Below are positions 1-13,829 of a stretch of 64,000 bases of DNA, piece after piece. Origin of the DNA: Octopus sinensis (Eukaryota); contig NC_043005.1 in the NCBI RefSeq assembly GCF_006345805.1, positions 66,526,001-66,590,000 of the forward strand. Reading direction: 5' to 3'. The notes beneath the pieces are model-generated. The model made no database searches. It had not been told where the DNA came from and worked only from the letters and a program-made list of their open reading frames with translations. Within the stretch, counting starts at the first letter, position 1. Every line of letters starts with the position of its first letter. Position numbers and translations under genes: made by a program.

Positions 1-215
1 TTTCCTCAAATATTTTTCGAAAATTTTCATCGAAAATTTTCCCCAAAAATTTTTCGAAAATTTCCACCGAAAATTTTACCCAGTAGACCACTGTGTTTAC
101 TTTGTATAGCTACGGCAAACGTTGTAAACCATTCAGCTATGCTCGTTCTCTTTCAACTGGAATTTAACCCCTGACCAACCCTAAATTATTGGACATTTTG
201 GTCGTGGCCATCCCG

Positions 216-289
216 CTTTGATGTAAATCCAATACTGCATTGTTCAGTTTGACTTTAAAAAAAAATCGGCTGCTATTTCTAACAGTTCG

Positions 290-321
<32 letters not shown>

Positions 322-750
322 ATAAGCGGGATCAGCCATCTGAATGTGGCTAGGGACAGGGCGGGGTGGTGGGGGTGTTACTGATGCATTTAGCCCCAGG
401 CGACTATTGACGTCACCAGAAGAGCCGACACCATCACGGTGTCCTTGCTGGCCTGCAAAGGGAGATCAGCCTCCCCGAAGATACGGATGCTACACACGGA
501 CCGGTTTCGAGGTAATCGCCTCTCGTCAGCGCATGGCAAGCACCGTTCTTCGTTGAGGGACTTCCTGTACAGGCCAGATATATATAGATTTTCACAGTAA
601 CCACAGGCACTGGCGTAGAAAATCTGTTCGAAAACAATAATAAATCTCTGAGCGAGGTATAAGCAGTAACTGCTCTTTGATGTAAATCCAATACTGCATT
701 GTTCAGTTTGACTTTAAAAAAAAATCGGCTGCTATTTCTAACAGTACGTA
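216..750. repeat. 75-bp direct repeats (216-290 and 675-750) bracketing the hammerhead-bearing unit
   Basis: ctttgatgtaaatcc...ctaacagt(t/a)cgt occurs twice, 459 bp apart, with one mismatch. Each copy is followed by (TA)n. Confidence 0.9.
484..545 (-). ncRNA. Type I hammerhead ribozyme, canonical core, minimal palindromic stem III (PLE/retrozyme type)
   Basis: Minus strand reads cggtgcttgccatgcg-CUGACGA-gagg(cgauua)ccuc-GAAA-c(cg)g-UC|cgugugu-agcauccg. All core nucleotides are intact, stem II is 4 bp, stem III is ACCGGU, and the GUC triplet predicts cleavage between + positions 499 and 498. Confidence 0.9.
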
Positions 751-766
751 TATATATACATTTATG

Positions 767-838
<72 letters not shown>

Positions 839-855
839 TGTATGTATATATATAT

Positions 856-903
<48 letters not shown>

Positions 904-910
904 TATATAT

Positions 911-1590
911 TTCACCGAGAATCTTAACCAAAAATTTTCGAAAATTTTCACCGATAATTTTCTCCAAAAACTTTTCGAAAATTTTACCCAAGATTTTCAC
1001 CGAAAATTTTCTCGAAAAAAATCCCCAAAAATTTTTGGAAAACTTTCACCGTAAATTTTAACCAAAAATTTTACGATAATTTTCCGCCAAGATTTTTCGA
1101 AAACTTTTGCCGAAAATATTCCCCAAAAATTTTTCGAAAATTTTCATTGAAACTTTTACCAAAAAATTTTTGGAAAACTTTCACCGAAAATTTTAACCAA
1201 AAATTTTACGATAATTTTCCGCCAAAATTTTTCGAAAACTTTTGCCAGAAATTTTACCCAAAATTTTTCGAAAATTTTCGCCGAAAATTTTTGCCGAAAA
1301 TATTCCCCAAAAATTTTTCGAAAATTTTCACTGAAAAATTTTACCAAAAACTTTTTCCAAAATTTTCACCGAAAATTTTCCCTAACAATTTTTCGAAAAT
1401 TTTCACGGAAAATTTTCCCCAAAAATTTTTCGAAAATTTTCACTGAAAAATTTTACCAAAAACTTTTTCCAAAATTTTCACCGAAAATTTTCCCTAACAT
1501 TTTTCGAAAATTTTCACGGAAAATTTTCCCCAAAAATTTTTCGAAAATTTTCACTGAAAAATTTACCCAAAAATTTTTGAAAAATTTAAA
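911..1590 (+). repeat. A/T-tract minisatellite (AAAATTTT cores separated by cg, caccg or ccc); also present at 1-82
   Basis: Visible degenerate tandem units such as caaaaatttttcgaaaattttcaccgaaaattttaccc. Confidence 0.9.
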
Positions 1591-2378
1591 AACAATTGTT
1601 TTTTCTGAAAACTTATGATCGACTGTTAGATGGTATATAGAGGAAATTTATTTGTAAAATGAGAGGAAAATTGTATGGTATAAGCCATAATAAAAAGGAA
1701 TACGGGTGGGGTACTAATCGCGTAGACTGGACCCGGTGCGCGCATCCGCGCTAGCCAGCCGATTCTATAGCGACTTGCGTATGCAAAACATTTTTTTTTA
1801 AAGTAGACCACTACTAGTAGACCACTGTGTTTACTTTGAATAGCTACGGCAAACTTCGTTTGTTTTTAACCAGACGTAAAGTAACCCTTTACTTCATAGA
1901 AATGTTTTATTTCTACGTGGGGGCAATTTGTTTATTATAAGTTTACGTTGAAGAGACTTGGTCGTTGACAGGAGCCTCATAAGTTAACGCAGTGTACCAT
2001 TTCATACGAGGCAATTAGTGTTATCTTCGTCTGTGATCTGTCACTGTACTACTTTTCCTTTATCTGCCTGCAAACTAAATTCTAACCCCACGTCGTTGGC
2101 TTGTCACCAGGAACCGATTTTCCTGTTTAACCCTACAGTAAAATTACCTTGTTGGGGAGGGATTATGCCAATTTTTAAAAACTTTTTTTGAATTTTCATG
2201 CTGCAGTTTGCCGTAGCTATTCAAAGTAAACATAAGTGAATTGTCGCCTGTCGGGGTCTACTTTGAAAAAAAAAATGTTTGACTGTTCTTAAGGTTGTTT
2301 TGTAACGAAAAAAAAAACGCAATTGTCTTTGAAATTATATACACCGTAAATAGTTGAAAAATACTTCCTAAGCTTCAG

Positions 2379-2409
<31 letters not shown>

Positions 2410-2423
2410 GTATATACATATAT

Positions 2424-2536
<113 letters not shown>

Positions 2537-3004
2537 CACATATGTATATATATATACATATATGTATATATATATATACATATAATATATATATACATGG
2601 GTACTTTTCTACAAGCGTGGTCCCGGTGCTAGCTAATCGTGACTAGTCGATCTTACGAAGACTACATAACGCGAGTGCGCGACTAAAAATCACACTCGCA
2701 TGCGCTAGACATGTATGAGGTTTTTTTTAACAAATGATCTTTTTTAAACAAAGAAAATAAAACAAAGTAAGTAATTTGTTTTGTTGAGTCTTTTATTTAC
2801 TATGTTTTAGACAAAACCCATTTTTTTTATATATATATTCAGACATTATATACATATATTATTATGCGCGCACCTGTTAATTTGCATACTTGCGCTTGGT
2901 AGTCGTTAAAGGATCGACCAGTTACGACGGATTAGCACGAGTGCGCGCACCGGGACCATTGTTTTTGAGTAGCACCTTTGGTAGAGTATGGAGGACTTGT
3001 TGGA

Positions 3005-3420
3005 GAAAATTTTCGAAAAATTTTTGGGGAAAATTTTCCGTGAAAATTTTCGAAAAGTTTTTGTGTGAATTTTTCGGCAAAAATTTTCGAAAAATTGTTG
3101 GTGAAAATTTTTGGGTAAAATTTTCGAAAAATTTCTGGCTAAAATTTTCGGAAAATTTTTGGTGAAAATCTTTGGGTAAAATTTTCGGTGAAAATTTTCG
3201 GAAAATTTTTGGGTAAAATTTTCGGCAAAAGTTTTCGAAAAATTGTTGGTGAAAACTTTTGGGTAAAATTTTCTGTGAAAATTTTCAAAAAATTTCTGGG
3301 TAAAATTTTCGAAAAATTTCTGGGTAACATTTTCGGAAAATTTTGGGTAAAATTCTTGATGAAAATTCTCGAAAAATTTTTGGAAAATTTTCCCCACAAA
3401 TTTTGAAAATTTTTCGAAAT
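3005..3420 (-). repeat. Inverted copy of the same minisatellite
   Basis: Units such as gggtaaaattttcggtgaaaattttcg are the reverse complement of the units at 911-1590. Confidence 0.9.
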
Positions 3421-3448
3421 ATACTATAATTATATATATGCATATATT

Positions 3449-3577
3449 AGACGGGCTTCTTACGGTTTACATCAACCAGATATACTCACAAGTCTTTGGT
3501 CGGCCCGAGTCTATAGCAGAAGACACTTGCCCAAGATATCACGCAATAGTACTGAACCCAGAACCATGTGGTTGGGA
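3449..3577 (-). mobile_element. tRNA-type SINE family 1, partial
   Basis: Reverse complement of the SINE 5' half seen at 12353-12510. Confidence 0.8.
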
Positions 3578-3598
3578 ATAAATATATATTTATATATA

Positions 3599-4795
3599 TC
3601 TGTATATATATACGGCAAGATGTGTGTGTGTGTACGAGATTGTAGTTTATGCACATCCACAATTTAGCACGCATGTCGCTCAAATTTTAGGAGGACATTC
3701 GTCAACATCCTATCTGGGGTTTTGTCAACTTATTTTCTTCTCGAGGCACACGCGGATAGCGGTAAAAATCTATTTTCAGCCATAGCTTTTTGACGGCGTC
3801 TAACAAAAAAAAACAAGATAAAGAAAATTGGAAGAAGAGAAGCAGAGAGTTTCACGGGAAATACAAAGTGAGAGAGGGAGAGAGAGTAAGTTACGACGTT
3901 CCTAAAAATCTATTTTCAGCCATAGTATTCTGACGGCCTCTAACAAAAAAAAACAAGATAAAAAAAGTGGAAGAGAAGTAGAGAGTTTCACGGGAAAGAC
4001 AAAGTGAGAGAGGGAGAGAGAGACAGTAAGTGACGACGTTCATAAAATATAAAATGTAAAATGTTTTGTCTTTTCTTAAACACGAGATATAGTGTTCAAT
4101 TCAGTATGTTTTTGAAAGACACTATATTTTATAATCATAGTATATATACTTTCTCACACAACAATTACAATATATTTATTTTAAATCATTTATTTACTTT
4201 AAATCGTTCATCTTTCTCCCTCACACTCATTACTTTGGGTGCGAAAGAGTTTTGTTTTTATTTTACGCCGTGTAAAAAGTGTTTTGTTGACAACCCATTT
4301 ATTTAACAACATAGAAACAAAGAGGTGAGTAACAATTTGTCAGTGAATTGCACAATATAAATGGGTACAATTTCCGAGGCTTCCACGACACCCACTCCGT
4401 TTCACGGACCCCAAAAAGGGTTTTGTAGCATATTAGAAGCCAGAGTAGTTGATTCCACGCAAAAAAAATCCCGATTATTTTTCTTAGTGAAAATCGTGCG
4501 AGTGTTAATCTACCAATTTAACAACATTTTCCCATTCATTTCTGTTTATGAACATGTATGCATGCACAAAACATGCAATAGGTATACGTACGTACATGTG
4601 TGTTCGTGTCTGTTGCCCATATATATTTATATTATATTATATTATACATATATAATATATATATATAATATAACCAATTTCAACGGATTTTGCCCAAATT
4701 TGACGTCGATATTACTTAGTTTGGTTTGAAATAAAGAACTTTATTAGCTTAATAATCGTAACTTAATCCCGGGCAAGGCCGGGTTATACTGCTAG
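3599..4795 (+). mobile_element. Non-autonomous Helitron with an internal ~140-bp tandem duplication (~3766-4040)
   Basis: 5' TC start, 3' GC-rich hairpin (cccgggcaaggccggg) followed by CTAG|T. The 3' end resembles those at 32843 and 45426. Confidence 0.6.
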
Positions 4796-6079
4796 TATGT
4801 AATAAATGCAAAGCGGGCGTTGATATCAGAGTGAGGTTGTAAGTTTTTTATGATGCGGTGTTTTCCACAGTTATAATGTATGGTCACTCTTATGACTGTA
4901 ACTGTTGTATTTACTCTAGTAGCCACGATATTTTCTTGGTATCAGATAGAGTGCATCTCTTCTTGGTATCAGATGGAGTGCATCTCTTCTATACTGGAAT
5001 GGTAATACACCGCTTCGTCTATCGTGCTATCGCTGATTGCTCTGCACGACACCGAATTTGAGCCGAAGATCTTGACTGTAACTCGAACTCGACTATAACA
5101 CGTAACATACTCTTAACTCCAACTGAGAACTCGTACAACGACTGACACACGACTCACTTTATAGAGGCCTCTCATACCACTAGTCCCATGGGAGAGGTGT
5201 ACCATTTCCACTACAACAAAATTATAAAAACACATGATTTTAAAGGCATATTTAGTCTAAAGATGTCATTGAGCTTAGCGACACATCTTATAAATTCTGG
5301 TACTGGAAGACCTTAGCTTCTAGCTATAAGATTTATGGATATTATTTCGGTAACCAAGAGTATTTTAATAATATTATTACTGATACCTGGTCATATTAAA
5401 CTACTTTTGCGAATCCTTAATTCTAATGACAGTTACCGATGGTTGTAATTTTATTCAGCTTGTTTCTAAACTTATCCGTTATTTTTATAGTTGCTTCATC
5501 CGCCTTAGTAATGGTCTTTATAATTCTTTATAATTCTTAGAAATTCTCTTAATATTATCTTGATACTCCTCGTAGTTGTGATCTGAAATGATTATTCAGC
5601 CTTCATAATTTTAATTGATTTGGTTAATAGAAACACTATGAAACAGTTTTTCAGATTTTATCGGGCATATCGGTTTTGTTTTCCTTCTATATTACTTCTA
5701 GGCTTTGAACCCATAACTTTATGACAGTTATATAAGTCATATTTCTATATTTCAATATTTAATTTTATATATTTTTATATTGATACTGTTTATAGCCTGA
5801 ACTACTTTCATTAGCCTAGTATACATATTTATTTGTTCTCTTTTGCAAACACTGTCTTCCCGCGTTGTTCTATTCCGTTGCTATTTAAATATTTATAGAT
5901 TATGATTACTGACACTGTGTTTATGGTTATCTCAATATATTTATAATTTTTTCCCTTATTCTTTCCTCTCCTTTTGTCCGCCCTCGTCTTCTGAAATTTC
6001 GAGACACCTCTGCTATTATTTGCGTTTTATTCTTAAGTTATTTTCCCTGAATAGTAATCAGCTGGATCACTCTTAAGAA

Positions 6080-6295
6080 AAGCTAATATTCTATTAGTTC
6101 TGAAAAAATGAGTTGGAGTACTTTAATGAAGAAGAAATGAAATAGATGAATAAGTAATGACGGAATATATTAACCATGACACTTCTTTGAAATACCAAAC
6201 AATATAACTCAGTAACTAATTTTTTGAGAATAACACCGGCAATTATTTTGTCTAAGGTTTTGAAAGGGATCATTGTCATGCAAGTCGCCGGCAAT
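6080..6295 (-). pseudogene. Highly decayed non-LTR RT fragment
   Basis: Minus-strand translation RLPATCMTMIPFKTLDKII resembles the YRPITC...YK motif of non-LTR RTs. Support is weak. Confidence 0.3.
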
Positions 6296-6330
6296 CTGCT
6301 TGTATATATATATATATATATAATATATAT

Positions 6331-6365
<35 letters not shown>

Positions 6366-6638
6366 CTGTTTTGCCAGTACCAGACTTTGTGGATGATGTA
6401 GCTACGTTTAATGACATCTTTAGAACAGATACACTTTTCAACTATTCTATTATTTAGAGCGTCGTTTTGTTATCCACCTGCACGATTGACTGATTGTAGT
6501 TCAATCCACTTTACATTTTTTCCATATGTTGGTAATTCTGATTCGAAATTTCACTTGTTGATGAACTATTGCTTCTTGGGCATGTTATTGCGGGCTTGTA
6601 TATTTGTTCAACCTGATGAGTTGGAGGGTTGTGTAATG

Positions 6639-6923
6639 CAGTGCTACTCGATGTGGTGGTCCGCGGACCGGTGCAGGTCCGCGAGCCATCAGCTACCGGT
6701 ACGCGATGAGTTTCCAGAAAAGAAAGAAACATTATAAAATGCTTGTGTAATATTGTATCATTTGTTTATAAAATAAATATAAGATTGAAAAATTGTCAAC
6801 TTTTATTATATTCATTATATATACTGTATCTGGTATAAATTAATATTACTAAAAAATATTACCGGTCCCTGGCACATTGGAAAACTAACTGCCGGTATGC
6901 CACATCAGATAGTTTGAGCACTG
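6639..6923. mobile_element. hAT (Charlie-like) MITE
   Basis: Termini CAGTGCTACTC...GAGCACTG with an 8-bp TSD gtgtaatg/atgtaatg (7/8 match). Confidence 0.8.
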
Positions 6924-8325
6924 ATGTAATGTATTCCATAATCTTATGGATGTTGTGCATACAACATACTTGCATCATGTTCAAGTCACAATAATGGTTT
7001 ATAATGAGACAACTGTAGCAGTAACAGATAACTCATTCGTCTGTTTTTAAGTTTTTCACGCCATTTAAGGTTCCATTCATCTATGCATACTACTGGAGTT
7101 TCAGATTACCTGAAAGCAAAGAACTTCTCTTCAACGATGCATTCTGTGCTATGATAATGGATTACTTAATTGACTGATTTGCATCATTCAGTCGAGCCAT
7201 TAATTGTGGCGTCTTTCACTTTGATAAGCTTCGAACTTTAATGGATTCTCCTTAATCAAATTCCACCCCCCTTTCAGTACACACATACATACATACATAC
7301 ATACGCAAGCATACATGCATACACACACATGCATATATATGCACAGACCATTCATGAGACGATTACTTCTTTCTCAAATGCAGCTGGTATTTGCCAACTC
7401 TGTTTCCGCGAGAAAATACGCATTGTCCACTAGCTTTCAATATCCGTCAACAGTGACCTATCTTATTGTTGAAACTAAACTTTTGCCCTGTTGTTGAGCT
7501 GCAAATGAACTTGGCTTTTCTCTTCTACTAGATTTATTAAATTCTCTTTCAATTGGTTGCATATAGATACAGAGATATCGAGACACACACAGAGATATGG
7601 ACGAACGTGTATGTGAAGCTAGTTATTTTCACAAATATTCTGTTATATACATATAAGAAGAAAGCACGAGAAATAACGTGTAGTATGATAATAAATGTCA
7701 AAACCATAACTTGACTTCCTCTCTGTATGTTGTTCTTCTGCAAAGACGGCTTCATTTAAACTACACAGCAGCAGACGTGACAAAAAATACAATAGACTTT
7801 CTTAAGGAGGCACTTTCACCAAAATGCTGAGTGTTCAGGGAACATATTTAAAATGACAAAGTGTTGCTTCGGAATTCGGTTTTAGTTCTAATTGCTTTTA
7901 TCTCCATACATTCCAGACGCTTGAAAATATCAATATCTACATTTATGAGTTATACTACACATTTTTGTTTATCATGTTTTATGAGTGTTGCACAAATGAT
8001 GTCCAAAGTTCGTTCAGTTTGAGGCAGTATGTTATTCTCAAGCAGTAGCGTGTATTTCGTGCCATTGTGGTAACAAGTCTATATCACTAGAAACGCTTTG
8101 ATGTCACCGACAATAAAATTATTTTAAAAATCTGTCTTTACGATTCTAGTGAGTTATAGTTTTGGCGAGTACAAATATTTTATGATTGACACATATACAC
8201 ACACTCAAGCATATACTCACGCACACACACACACATATATAAAATACATTCGTATATATATCTGTATACATATATATTAAATATATCTATATATATACCC
8301 GTATACATATACATAAAATATATCC

Positions 8326-8378
<53 letters not shown>

Positions 8379-8480
8379 TATATATATACATATATACAGA
8401 CATACATATATATATATACATACATACATACATATTATTCACAAACACACACACACGTACACGCATATTTATAAATAATT

Positions 8481-8530
<50 letters not shown>

Positions 8531-8985
8531 TTATGCATCACTCTCTTTTTTGCTTTCATACACACATACACACATATGTATGTATGTATATATGTGTACA
8601 CTACAAACACGAAAACAGAGAGTTGGTTTTGATCTTATTTAATGTCGTGAACAGCCACGTGTTTCAGTGACGAGTGTTACCGAATCATATAACATAGGCA
8701 AGTTGCAGGAAGTTCGAATGGTTCAAAAATTCATCATGCAGCCATCGTAGTGTTTCATGTTAAGTATTCCTCTGTGAAGCATCTTGAGCTAATTTAACTT
8801 TCTGTACGCCATCTTAACCCAGGCATTGTAAGTAATATTCGGTAGACATAGACTGCGTAGTATCCCGACAAGTAAATTGTATTTGTAACTCAAAACATAC
8901 AGCCTAGTTTCCAGGAAGGTCAAGGAACTCATCAAAGGCTGATGAGACCTGGTACTAGTACCTTGTAAACCACTATTATTTGTTT

Positions 8986-9120
8986 CATGGTCGATTGGTC
9001 GGCGACTAAACCGGTTCTCCCACTTGAGTCGCTGGCTACCTTTGAGAGTAGGGTGTCTGGACAGCCAACGGGATTAAAAACATGACCTTTTCTAGGTGGA
9101 TGAATCCATTATGAGCCAAA
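8986..9120 (+). mobile_element. Decayed RTE-type 5' region, same family as 41110-41575
   Basis: Shares catggtcg...gtcggcgactaaaccgg...gggat(t/g)aaaaaca with the reverse complement of 41430-41525. Confidence 0.5.
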
Positions 9121-9803
9121 GGTCATTCAGTGGAAGAAAGCAATGGAAAACGATCCCAATATCTTTGGCAAGAAAACACAAAGAGAAAGTCAGAATGAAG
9201 TAACGCTATGGCTTCATCCGATGGGAGAACTGGTGCATAATTGGGAAAACTTTCGTTGTAGTGTCATCAATGTGCTGCAAAAGCATAGAATACGGCGGCG
9301 ACAATGACGAAAGCCTTGTTACTCATACCGTCACTCTGATTCTGCTCGACAACTGGGTTACGGTTTGTAGAATGCTACTTACACATTAACACAGGAGCAG
9401 GTAATTAAGATCAATCTTCTTAATCTGAATCAACACAGAACGACGAAGAACCGACACGCGCTCGCACACACACACACACACAAAAGATACTATGATTCTT
9501 CGTTTGGAACTTGGAGAAATTAGCTGCACATCTCGTTATATTGGAAAAGCTCTATCAGCTACACAACTGAAAACAGAAAAGCACGTACAGCTCATAGACT
9601 CGGTTGTCAGACACTGAGAAAACGAGAATAAACAAATGGATAAAAACATACTGACTGACAAGGACTCAGACAGCTAGAGAAGACTAAATAGACACACAAA
9701 AACCTAATGTTAAAGGTCGTTCTATATCCGAGTGTACACGAGTGTGTTAAATACGATTGTACACTTATATTTCATTTAACACGCCACTCTGTGCGTCTCA
9801 AGC

Positions 9804-9845
<42 letters not shown>

Positions 9846-10089
9846 ACACACACACACACATACACACACACACACACACACGCACACACACACACGTGTA
9901 TGTATATATGTATAAATATATAGTACACATAAAAAATTCTGTCTAATAACTTAATGTGCTCAAGTTGCATTATTACTAAAACTCCGGCTTGAACCGCAAC
10001 TAAATCAAAAGTGGAGTTTTAGCAGGCTAGCAAATAATGGCTATAAATGTTTTTTTATCGAGTGGATAGATATATATGAGAAAGAAAGA

Positions 10090-10400
10090 ATGAGCCAACA
10101 CAAAATGTAGTATAAAATTTGAGCGTATGATCTGTAATTCAAACATAATTGCTGATTTGTCAGAGCAAATAATGGATTAAGAAATAATGCATAAAGTCCC
10201 TTACAGCAGTCTCTAGAATAGCTGTGCATATAGCGCATAGGTCATTAATAAAGGACTTCTATATGAGCCAGTTATAAGCCCTCTTCAGAGAGGAAGAATT
10301 AAGCAATATCCTTAATAAAAGGTATTGGTATTTAGCAGTTCTATCATTGAAGAATCAAGGAATATCCTTAGTAAAGTGTAAAAGTAGTTACCAGTTCCAT
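10090..10400 (-). repeat. Dispersed repeat, inverted copy of ~15060-15330, carrying a hammerhead-like variant
   Basis: Direct reverse-complement similarity over about 300 bp. Confidence 0.8.
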
Positions 10401-11244
10401 ACTCGAATTGAGGCTGAGACAGATTTAATCTTATCTTTCAGTCTTAATCTCCTATTTACTATAACTACTCTGCAAGGATGTTTGAATTATAAATTAAACG
10501 CTGTAAAGTGATACCACATATTTGGCTTGTCCATTCTTATCTATATACTAACAGCTAAGACAGGTTTCACCCGGTCGGTTTGAATAATGTGGTTGTAAAA
10601 CCTGCTCTGTGTAAGCATTCGACTTGTTTGGGTACGCTTACGTTAGAAAACAATTTTAGAATGACTTTACTCTGCCAAACCGCTAAAAATAACTGACCAC
10701 CAAAAAACCATGATTCAACCAAATCGAAAAATAAACCCAAATACTAAGCAAAGATGAACCTTCCCACTTCCATTGCGCACGCACACGCACACGCACACAC
10801 ACGAACGCACACACACACACATACACACGCACGCACACACATACACACACACACACACACGCAGTCACATACCCCCTTTTACATACACACATATATTTAC
10901 CCAGAGTTGAAACGCTGTTTGATTTATTTTTTCAGCGTACAATTTTCAACATCCCACTACCAAGTATGACATCTCCACTTCCTTCCTTATTCATCTATCA
11001 CCCATTCCTTTCTCATTCATAAATACAAGAGTATTATTATAGTAGATTATCTCGGTAACCATGGGACCTATAAAAAAGTACAAAGCCCAGTAGCACAACC
11101 GGATCATTCGACACATCTGTGTAATTTCACACGCAGTTCCACCCAGCTATTTGACCGTGAATCCCAAGAAAGAATCGCCCATGTCAAATATATATATATT
11201 ATATATATATAATATAATATATATATATATATATTATATATATA

Positions 11245-11295
<51 letters not shown>

Positions 11296-11302
11296 TATAT
11301 AT

Positions 11303-11351
<49 letters not shown>

Positions 11352-12352
11352 GTGTGTGTTTGTGCGCGCGTGTGCGTGTGTGTATGACAGAGAGTCTGTG
11401 TTTGTGACTCTGTGTGTGTGTGGCGTTACGTAGAGAGAAACAGTGTATAAATTGCTGAATCAGTGGTGATGGAAAGTTCGAGAGAGAAGCGGTAGAGAGT
11501 ACTTGATAAGTCTAAACGATTCAGTAAAAGATATATTGTGGGCTGTGATGAGGTTGATTTAAGAGAGGAGAAAAATTTGCTCTTAAAACACCAGCATGAA
11601 GCACCATATGTTTGACGAGAATGCTGGATGCTGCGTTTAAAATACGAAATGAAAAATCTAGCACCGAGTATAATCAAATGGCGTGACCATGAAATATTTG
11701 AACTTCGATGTCAACAAGTAATGTAGGGAACTACAAAGATTGGTAGTAAAAATGACAGCAAATGATTGCCAACAACTACACGTGATTGCACAGAAATCTT
11801 TTATGTCTCCGTCTATTATAATTATCTATGTGACATGGTTGGTTTTCCACTCAGAATATTGTCGTTAGAGCTGCTGCCGTTGCCTAGCATATTATATCGA
11901 TTGTAATTGCAGCAGAGACGTTTTAAGTCGAAAAATAAACACATGAACGCTCACATCGCTGCTAAGATATACTTACGCAACTACATTTTGTTGTAACTAC
12001 ACACAGCATATACTCGCTGGCGCCATGTGTTAACACATCTACATATTAAGTGACGTAAATACACTTCACACTTCCATACAACTGTATTTATATGCATACA
12101 TTATATTGATTTTTTTCGTCCTAGATACAGAATTCAGCGTTAGGAATGAAGACAATATAGCCATGAAAAATAAAACCAATATATTACTGGTTGTTCGGTC
12201 ATGCAATTTAGAACGGTCAAGTCGACTTTCGTGCTGTTCGAAATCAAAATGTTTCTGAATATATGGCATCTTTAGTTGGCGTTTTCCTGTTAATGCTGTA
12301 CTCCCCCCTCCCTCCCTCCCCCCCCTCTCTCTCTCTCTCTCTCTTTCACTCT

Positions 12353-12511
12353 GCAGGAGTGGCTGTGTGGTAAGTAGCTTGCTAACCAACCACATGGTTC
12401 CGGGTTCAATCCCACTGCGTGGCATCTTGGGCAAGTGTCTTCTGCTATAGCCCCGGGCCGACCAATGCCTTGTGAGTGGATTTGGTAGACGAAAACTGAA
12501 AGAAGCCTGTC

Positions 12512-12559
<48 letters not shown>

Positions 12560-12774
12560 TTGTGTGTCTGTGTTTGTCCCCCTAGCATTGCTTGACAAGC
12601 GATGCTGGTGTGTTTACGTCCCTGTCACTTAGCGGTTCGGCAAAAGAGACCGATAGAATAAGTACTGGGCTTACAAAGAATAAGTCCCGGGGTCGAGTTG
12701 CTCGACTAAAGGTGGTGCTCCAGCATGGTCGCAGTCAATTGACTGAAACAAGTAAAAGAGTATAAGAGTAAAGA

Positions 12775-12776
<2 letters not shown>
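12353..12776 (+). mobile_element. tRNA-type SINE family 1, full length
   Basis: A-box-like tggctgtgtgg, B-box-like ggttcaatcc, central TA/TG microsatellite, gtaaaagagt tail repeats, and several more copies in the window. Confidence 0.9.
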
Positions 12777-12815
<39 letters not shown>

Positions 12816-12975
12816 TAAGGCTTTTCCTTTCCAGATGGCCTTTGAATTTAAAATTTACACACTATAATTTGTAGCTTCTTCTAGTTCGAGATTCCCCGAT
12901 CCAAAAAAGAATTATCTCATATATATACATATACGTTTATATATTTAGCATATATACATATATATAACTAACTAT

Positions 12976-13008
<33 letters not shown>

Positions 13009-13239
13009 TGCATACATGCATCCACAAAACACACAGACACACACCTCCCATGCAAACACACTCATACAGACAATTACACACGCATATAGTATACGCAAAC
13101 ACATGCATGTACGGTTAGCGCTATAAAAACTGAGGGATAAGAATAAGTTGAATAGTCCCAGCATGGCGACACTACTGAGTCTGTACGAGGGAAAGAATAA
13201 GTGATTATATAATTTTCTTTAAATTCCATGCACTGCTCT

Positions 13240-13420
13240 CTCACTCAGTAATAATAATAACAACAAAACAACAACAATAACAACAATAATAACAATAATG
13301 ATAACGATGATGATAATAATAATAATAATAATGATAATGATGATAATAATAATAATAACAACAGCAACAACAGCAACAACAGCAACAACAACAACACCAA
13401 TAATAATAATAATAATAATA

Positions 13421-13461
<41 letters not shown>
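13240..13461. repeat. (AAT)n/(AAC)n microsatellite
   Basis: Direct observation. Confidence 0.95.
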
Positions 13462-13463
<2 letters not shown>

Positions 13464-13825
13464 TGAAAAAATGTGGCATCTCAAGGCGACTACAGTACCA
13501 GTGATTGTGGGATCTCTGGGAATGACAAATAAAGGTACTGAAACCTATTTGAAAATGATACCAGGCTTACCATCCCTACAGGGAGTGCAAAAGATCGTGT
13601 TCACTGGAATGGCTCATGTACTGAGAAGAGCATTATCGATGTGAAAACAATATCCATTCATGAATTTATTTATTCATTAATGTTTTAAATACATATTTTA
13701 CCTATGAATTTGCGTGTGTAATCTGGGAATGAATACAATGAGCTTCTCTGCCCTAGGTGTACGGAAAACACCCGGCGAGAAACGGAAGAAAATTTGAAGA
13801 AAGAAGGAAAAAAAAAATAATAACA
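13462..13825 (+). mobile_element. R4/Dong-like RLE non-LTR 3' end (lineage B)
   Basis: Translates KMWHLKATTVPVIVGSLGM...QKIVFTGMAHVLRRALSM*, an RLE C-terminus, followed by 3' UTR. Confidence 0.75.
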
Positions 13826-13829
13826 ATAG

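Noticed and set aside
911-1590. Regular repeats resembling a CRISPR array, and KF/EN-rich ORFs
   Set aside because: The tandem units are degenerate with no unique spacers and no cas genes, in a eukaryotic context. The ORFs are artefacts of the satellite.
4902-5217. Possible solo LTR (tgttgta...tacaaca) with a 27-bp tandem duplication
   Set aside because: No TSD, primer-binding site or polypurine tract was found, so the evidence is insufficient.
8939-8975. CTGATGA followed by a short palindrome
   Set aside because: There is no GAAA or stem III at a compatible position.
12353-12430. tRNA-like heads with A and B boxes
   Set aside because: They are SINE heads followed by SINE bodies and show no complete cloverleaf. 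No true tRNA gene was found.
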